DNA of 13,335 bases, taken from assembly GCF_006345805.1 (NCBI RefSeq), contig NW_021826151.1, positions 1-13,335 on the forward strand, given 5' to 3'. Origin of the DNA: Octopus sinensis. Its lineage: Eukaryota. Made by a program: the position numbers and the translations under genes. Shown one piece after another: positions 8,294-13,335 of this stretch. Positions within the stretch are counted from its first letter, which is position 1; each line of letters starts with the position of its first letter. The notes under the pieces were generated by a model, which worked only from the letters and a program-made list of their open reading frames with translations, ran no database searches and was not told where the DNA came from.

Positions 8294-8387
8294 GGCCTGT
8301 CTATGGGGTTACCCTGGGTTTCACGTCTATAAAGTGCTATGCTTTACAGCGCTTAGCTCTACACAGTCTCTTCAGAACTCAATGGCC
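8294..8387 (-). ncRNA. Type I hammerhead with long stem II, partly degenerate (HHR5)
   Basis: Minus strand: GGCC-ATTGAGTT-CTGAAGA-[46-nt hairpin capped by GUAA]-GAA-ACCCAGGGT-A-ACCCCAT...GGCC. The core and GUA triplet are intact; stem I is imperfect. Confidence 0.7.
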
Positions 8388-8949
8388 GAGGTGGCCTATA
8401 ATCTCTCTTCAAAGTGAAGGGAGAAAAGACATCGTGGCTAGTTGTTGAACGCATGACAAAGGATAACATATACTACATTATCAGCAAATAGCTGTTAGAT
8501 TACATTTGCTGGTTGTTCACTCTGTTAATATATGGTTGCAACATTCCATATATATTTTTATATATGCCATCATTATTAATAGCCTTTCGATATGCGATAT
8601 AAATTGAAAAGCTGGCATGTTTAGTTACTCTTTCTTACGCATAATGTGACCCATCCTTGATATCTGATGCAACGGGCTTACATAGTAAATGAAAGCTTAT
8701 CTTGGGCATAACAATGCTGTTATTTGCTTTGAGACGAACAAGTCGATGCAATTTAACACAAATTTTCAGAAAATGAATGAATTTAGTCCAAGGTATAATA
8801 TATGGATCGCGTTACTTGCCTCGTACTTTATTTATCGACCTTAGAGAGAAGAAGAGAGAAGACCAATGGTAAAATTTTAAGTGACAACGATCACTGGCTA
8901 TATTTGTTCAATTCTTTAATTATTCTATCAGCCCACCGCCTCCAACTTA

Positions 8950-8968
8950 TGCATACATGCATGCATGC

Positions 8969-9003
<35 letters not shown>

Positions 9004-9043
9004 ACACACACACACACACACATACACACATACACACACACAC

Positions 9044-9074
<31 letters not shown>

Positions 9075-9595
9075 AATATGTATATATATATATATATATA
9101 TATACATTCACACATGCATACATCCCTACATGTATACATACATTTATACATACATGCATACATACATACATACATACGTACGTACGTACATGCATACATA
9201 CATATATTCACACATACATGCATACATCCATCCATACAAAGATGCATACATACATATATACATGCATACATGCATACATATACACATACACACATTCATA
9301 CATGCTTACATACACACAGACATAAATACGTCATACATGCGTACATATATGAATGCATACAGGCGTACATACACCTTCATATATATATATTCACACATTC
9401 ATATATTAATGCATGAATACATACATACTTACACACACATACACAGACGCATATATATATATATACATATATATACATATATATATACACATGTTTATAT
9501 AATTGTGTATGGGATATATTATATAAATATAAAACAGTCTGCGTGTCTATATAATTATCGTATGTGTGTGTGTATTCACACATACATACATACAT
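8950..9595. repeat. Compound (CA)n/(TA)n/(CATA)n region
   Basis: Directly visible low-complexity DNA. Confidence 0.94.
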
Positions 9596-10389
9596 AGAAA
9601 CTTATATAAGCGCACTCACATGCAAACATATACATGCACACTGATATATGCTGACATATAAATAATATTGGTTTGGAAACATGTGGCTTCTAGTGATAGG
9701 AAATCTCTTAGAATGGTCGGTGTACATATATAATTGATTTTGAGGAAAAAGAAGGGAAGAAAACAAGAGTAAAAAAAAAAGGCACAAAAAATGTGAGAAA
9801 GAAAAAACGTACCACCACTACCACAAAACTCAATCTAGTGTTTACTGCCACATCGATTGTTGTCCATTTTTGCCACCATAGTCAACAATAGTCTGTATTA
9901 TGGATGTCCATTAATGACACGATGAATAACATTAACAAGGTTTCTTCAATCAGCTATCAGATAGTATTTAGAGAAAAAGAATAAAGTAAAAAATAAAAAA
10001 AAAACTAACAAAAGAAAGAAAGAGGAAAAGAAAGTGATACAAAATGAAAAAAAAAAACAAATGAAAAAGTCCCCCAAAATGCCAGCAACCGAAAAAAAAA
10101 TAGTCTCCTTTCTTTTCCCGGTTCCCCTTCCTCGTTCTCTACAACTTTCACCTGTAACTTTTTCTTATATTTTAGATTTATTTCCGTTGTTTTTTTTTGC
10201 TCCTGTTGTTTATATTACTCCCCCCACTCTTCCCCTCTCCTATCCTCTCTTTACTGCTATAAAATTCTCCTCTACCCTTCACTCCCTCCTTTCTCCGTCC
10301 CTCCGTCTTTCCGTTCCTTCCACTCTTTCCTACCTCATACCTTTACTCTTTGGATACTGGTCTCTCTTGTCCTATACGAATAAATATAA

Positions 10390-10548
10390 TCACACACGGA
10401 CACACATTCACATACAAACACACGCACACACGTACGAACCCATACACGCAATCACACATATTAACACCCCTACAAACACGAACATACACTCTTTCATAGA
10501 CACACTCACACACACAAACATTCACATCCATACAAACATGCGTGCACA

Positions 10549-10591
<43 letters not shown>

Positions 10592-10878
10592 ATACATACG
10601 TTAACACCCGTACAAACACACTCGCTCGTACACACATATACACACACTTATACACACATTCACACACCTACAAACACGCGCTCGTACACAAACATACACA
10701 TTCATAGATACGTTCACAACCCTACACACACACACGTTCACACCCATACAAACAAACGCACGCGTACACACACACATTCACACACAGACACTCACACACA
10801 CACACACACACACACACTTATACACACGTTCACACCCCTACAAACACGCGCACGTACACACACACACACACACAGATA
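10390..10878. repeat. CA-derived degenerate minisatellite with a higher-order unit of about 45-60 bp
   Basis: The unit CTTATACACACGTTCACACCCCTACAAACACGCGCTCGTACACA recurs at 10589, 10647 and 10817, with partial copies near 10455 and 10709-10770. Confidence 0.85.
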
Positions 10879-11121
10879 TAAATGGAAAATTATTGCAAAT
10901 AGAAGACCGTCGAGTTACTGACGTCAGTGATTTAAAGGAGGGTGAGATGAGGGAGGGGTTGGGATGAGGTGAGAGGTAGGTAAACCAAAAACAAACAAAA
11001 ATCAAACAAAACAAAGCAAAACAAAAAAAACCCAAAATACACACAAAAAACAAAGAATACAAAGAGGAAAACAAAAGAAAAAAAATCCCCCCATTCATCT
11101 CACTGCCACATCTTCACCTAA

Positions 11122-11332
11122 ATGATGATGATGATGATGATGATGGTGGTAGTGCTGGTGGTGATGATGGTGATGCTGCTGATGGTGATGATGGTGGTGA
11201 TGGTGGTGGTGGTGATGATGGTGATGATGATACTGATGGTGATGATGATGGTGATGATGATGATAGTGATGGAGGTAGTGGTAGTGGTGGTGGTGATGAT
11301 GATGATGGTGATGATGATGATGAGGATGATGG

Positions 11333-11364
<32 letters not shown>

Positions 11365-11415
11365 GTGGTAGTAGTGGTGGTGCTGGTGGTGAAGGTGGTG
11401 ATGATGCTGATGATG
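11122..11415. repeat. Mixed (GAT)n/(GGT)n trinucleotide array
   Basis: Directly visible; produces the poly-M/V, poly-H and poly-S/P ORFs in the track. Confidence 0.96.
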
Positions 11416-11511
11416 GTACAAACACGAATTCAAAAGAGTAAAGAGCATTCGGAACTGGAAACATTGAAGTCTTCAAGAGTTTTGAACTGTTCTTTGCATT
11501 TTCTGTTGCAG

Positions 11512-11565
11512 CTGCTGGTGTTGCTGGTGCTGCTGCTATTGCCGACCTCGATGAGGATAACGCTG
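11512..11565 (+). CDS. Candidate 54-nt internal exon, product unknown
   Basis: Acceptor TTCTTTGCATTTTCTGTTGCAG| and donor CTG|GTGAGG; length divisible by 3; open in phase 0 (LLVLLVLLLLPTSMRITL) and phase 1 (AGVAGAAAIADLDEDNA). It could instead be a decayed GCT/GGT repeat. Confidence 0.3.
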
Positions 11566-11576
11566 GTGAGGCTATT

Positions 11577-11720
11577 CCTTCTTCGTCGTCTTCGTCTTCT
11601 TCTTCTTCTTCTCCTCTCGTCCCCCTCCCCTTCTTCTTTTTCTTCTTCTTCTTCTTCTTCTTCTTCTTCTTCTTCTTCTTCTTTTCTGTCCCCCTTTTTC
11701 TTCTTCTTCTTCTTCTACGT
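11577..11720. repeat. (CTT)n-rich polypyrimidine tract
   Basis: Directly visible. Confidence 0.94.
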
Positions 11721-12077
11721 GTCTTCTGATTTCTATTTGATACACAAACTGACCAAGTAACAATTTTCTTCCTCCTCCCCTTTTCCCATCGGCTCTTGTA
11801 ACCCCCACCTTTTTCCTTCCAATCCATTTTCTCTTCTTATCTACTTTAGCATTGATCTTCTCCAAATTCTATAATAGCCAAGCATACTGTTACATCGAGT
11901 AGTTTGCTTAATCGACTGTATTCTCAGGTACACTATTCTTCGAAAGAACTGGATGGTTCTGGGTGGAATAGGTTTCCTTGATGAGGATAGAAGACAGTTG
12001 GCAAATATCTGTATAGGTATGTATGCATGTATGCATTCATGTACATATGTATGTACGTGTATATATATATATATATA

Positions 12078-12349
12078 TATCACCGTGACCGACCAGGCTA
12101 TCAGATGTTGTTACACATCGCTGGTCACAATGCACTTCGCATTGTTTTAGCCTTCAAATGACGCCACCCCGCTGGCTAAGCGAGCAGGCCAACAGAAGAA
12201 AGAGTGAGAGAAAGTTGTGGCGAAAGAGTACAGCAGGGATCGCCACCACTCCCTGCCGGAGCCTCGTGGAGCTTTAGGTCTGGGAATCGAAACCGCGATC
12301 CTACGACCGCGAGTCCGCTGCCCTAACCACTAGGCCATTGCGCCTCCAC
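12078..12349 (-). mobile_element. tRNA-derived SINE inserted in (TA)n, young-looking
   Basis: Minus strand: box A TGGCCTAGTGG (12327-12337) and box B GGTTTCGATTCCC (12282-12294). CpGs are retained. The tail is shared with the 6484 copy, and (TA)n flanks both sides. Confidence 0.9.
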
Positions 12350-12395
12350 ATATATATATATATATATATATAATATATTATATATGTGTATATGT

Positions 12396-12440
<45 letters not shown>

Positions 12441-12500
12441 GTATATATATGTGTATATGTATATATATGTATATCTATATATATACATATATATACATAA
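12350..12500. repeat. Interrupted (TA)n
   Basis: Directly visible. Confidence 0.95.
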
Positions 12501-12585
12501 ATAGTTGGAATTTATAGAAAAATGAAAACGTCTTTTATGTTTCGAACCTATGCTCTTCAACAGGAGCGAGTAAGAGGAAATAAAC

Positions 12586-12687
12586 AAATCGACAACGGCG
12601 GAATTTGAATTCAGAATGTAAAGACGGACGAAATGGCGGTAAGCATTTTGCCCGGCGCGGTAACGATTCTGCCAGCTCACCGCCTTA
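12586..12687 (-). mobile_element. tRNA-derived SINE (third family), head-only copy A
   Basis: Minus strand: AAGGCGGTGAGCTGGCAGAATCG (box A-like) and GAATTCAAATTCC (box B-like). 12598-12687 matches 12833-12922 at 77/90 (hand count). Confidence 0.85.
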
Positions 12688-12708
12688 ACATGATCACCCG
12701 CTGCCATT

Positions 12709-12922
12709 AATATTAATTTCAAATTTCGGCACTAGGCCAGCAATTTCGGGTGAGAGATAAGTCGATTGTATCGACCCCAGTACTTACCTTATTTTATCGA
12801 CCTCGCAATGATGGAAGGCAAAATCAACCCCGGTGGAATTTGAATTCAGAACGTAAAGACGGACGAAATGCCGATAAGCATTTTATTTGGTACAGTAACG
12901 ATTCTGCCAGCTCGCCGTCTTA
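12709..12922 (-). mobile_element. tRNA-derived SINE (third family), copy B, near full length
   Basis: Same head as copy A plus the GGGGTCGATACAATCGAC-containing body and an AT-rich 3' end. Confidence 0.87.
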
Positions 12923-13105
12923 TACCTGCAGTTTGATATCGTTTTCAGTTTATATGCTCCCTCCATAGTGAGCCATCAAAGAGGGACAATGATAGCCTAA
13001 GTATAGTGAAGAACGAAGACCTTAACACATTGAAAATCGTCGGTGGCAAAACGCGAAGGTTACCATTCATCTACACATGGGTTAGTTCGTAACCCCTCGC
13101 ACTTC

Positions 13106-13313
13106 AATATTGGTTTTAAATACTGGCACGAGGGTAGCTATTTTTGAGGGGAAGGGTGAGTCGAATATATCGACATAGTACTTGATTGGCACTTTATTTT
13201 ACCAGTCCCAAAAAGAATGGCAAGGCTGATCTCGGTGGTATTTGGACTCATAGCATAAATACGTAGAAGAAATGCTGTCCCACGCTCTAACCATTCTGCA
13301 ATCTCGTCTTCTT
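13106..13313 (-). mobile_element. tRNA-derived SINE (third family), old copy C
   Basis: Colinear but diverged match to copy B (GGCAC...AGTCGAATATATCGAC...AGTACT...GGTATTTGGACTCA...TAACCATTCTGC). 13318-13335 may be the 3' end of a fourth copy running off the window. Confidence 0.72.
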
Positions 13314-13335
13314 AATAATAATCCTTTACTATAGA

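Noticed and set aside
10561-10878. CRISPR-like array reading of the recurring unit
   Set aside because: Eukaryotic context; the units are degenerate and the spacers are plain CA repeats rather than unique sequences.
8802-10921. Long ORFs including 295 aa at 10034-10921
   Set aside because: Made of low-complexity purine/pyrimidine tracts and CA repeats; no protein-like composition.
11095-11865. Poly-His, poly-Met/Val and poly-Ser/Pro/Lys ORFs
   Set aside because: Three reading frames of the same GAT/GGT and CTT arrays. Only the 54-nt interval is kept as a weak exon candidate.

Overview
AT-rich, microsatellite-saturated eukaryotic intronic or intergenic DNA. The SINE families resemble those I recall from Octopus (coleoid cephalopod) genomes; that assignment is recognition, not a database result. 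No intact host gene is evident, and almost all long ORFs in the track are translations of simple repeats. Supportable content: (i) about eight tRNA-derived SINE copies or fragments with mix-and-match heads, cores and tails; (ii) a broken Penelope-like retroelement (PLE) at ~5447-6351, in which a GIY-YIG endonuclease fragment (- strand) is joined head-to-head to a pre-RT N-terminal fragment (+ strand); (iii) an unannotated set of type I hammerhead ribozyme (HHR) motifs, all on the - strand. These include a tandem pair 333 nt apart (4557-4603, 4890-4936) with two compensatory base-pair changes between the copies (retrozyme-like), two HHRs with long stem II hairpins (7982-8070, 8294-8387), and degenerate minimal HHRs (5557-5593, 2333-2372, possibly 12532-12563). 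One candidate 54-nt exon (11512-11565, +) is weakly supported.
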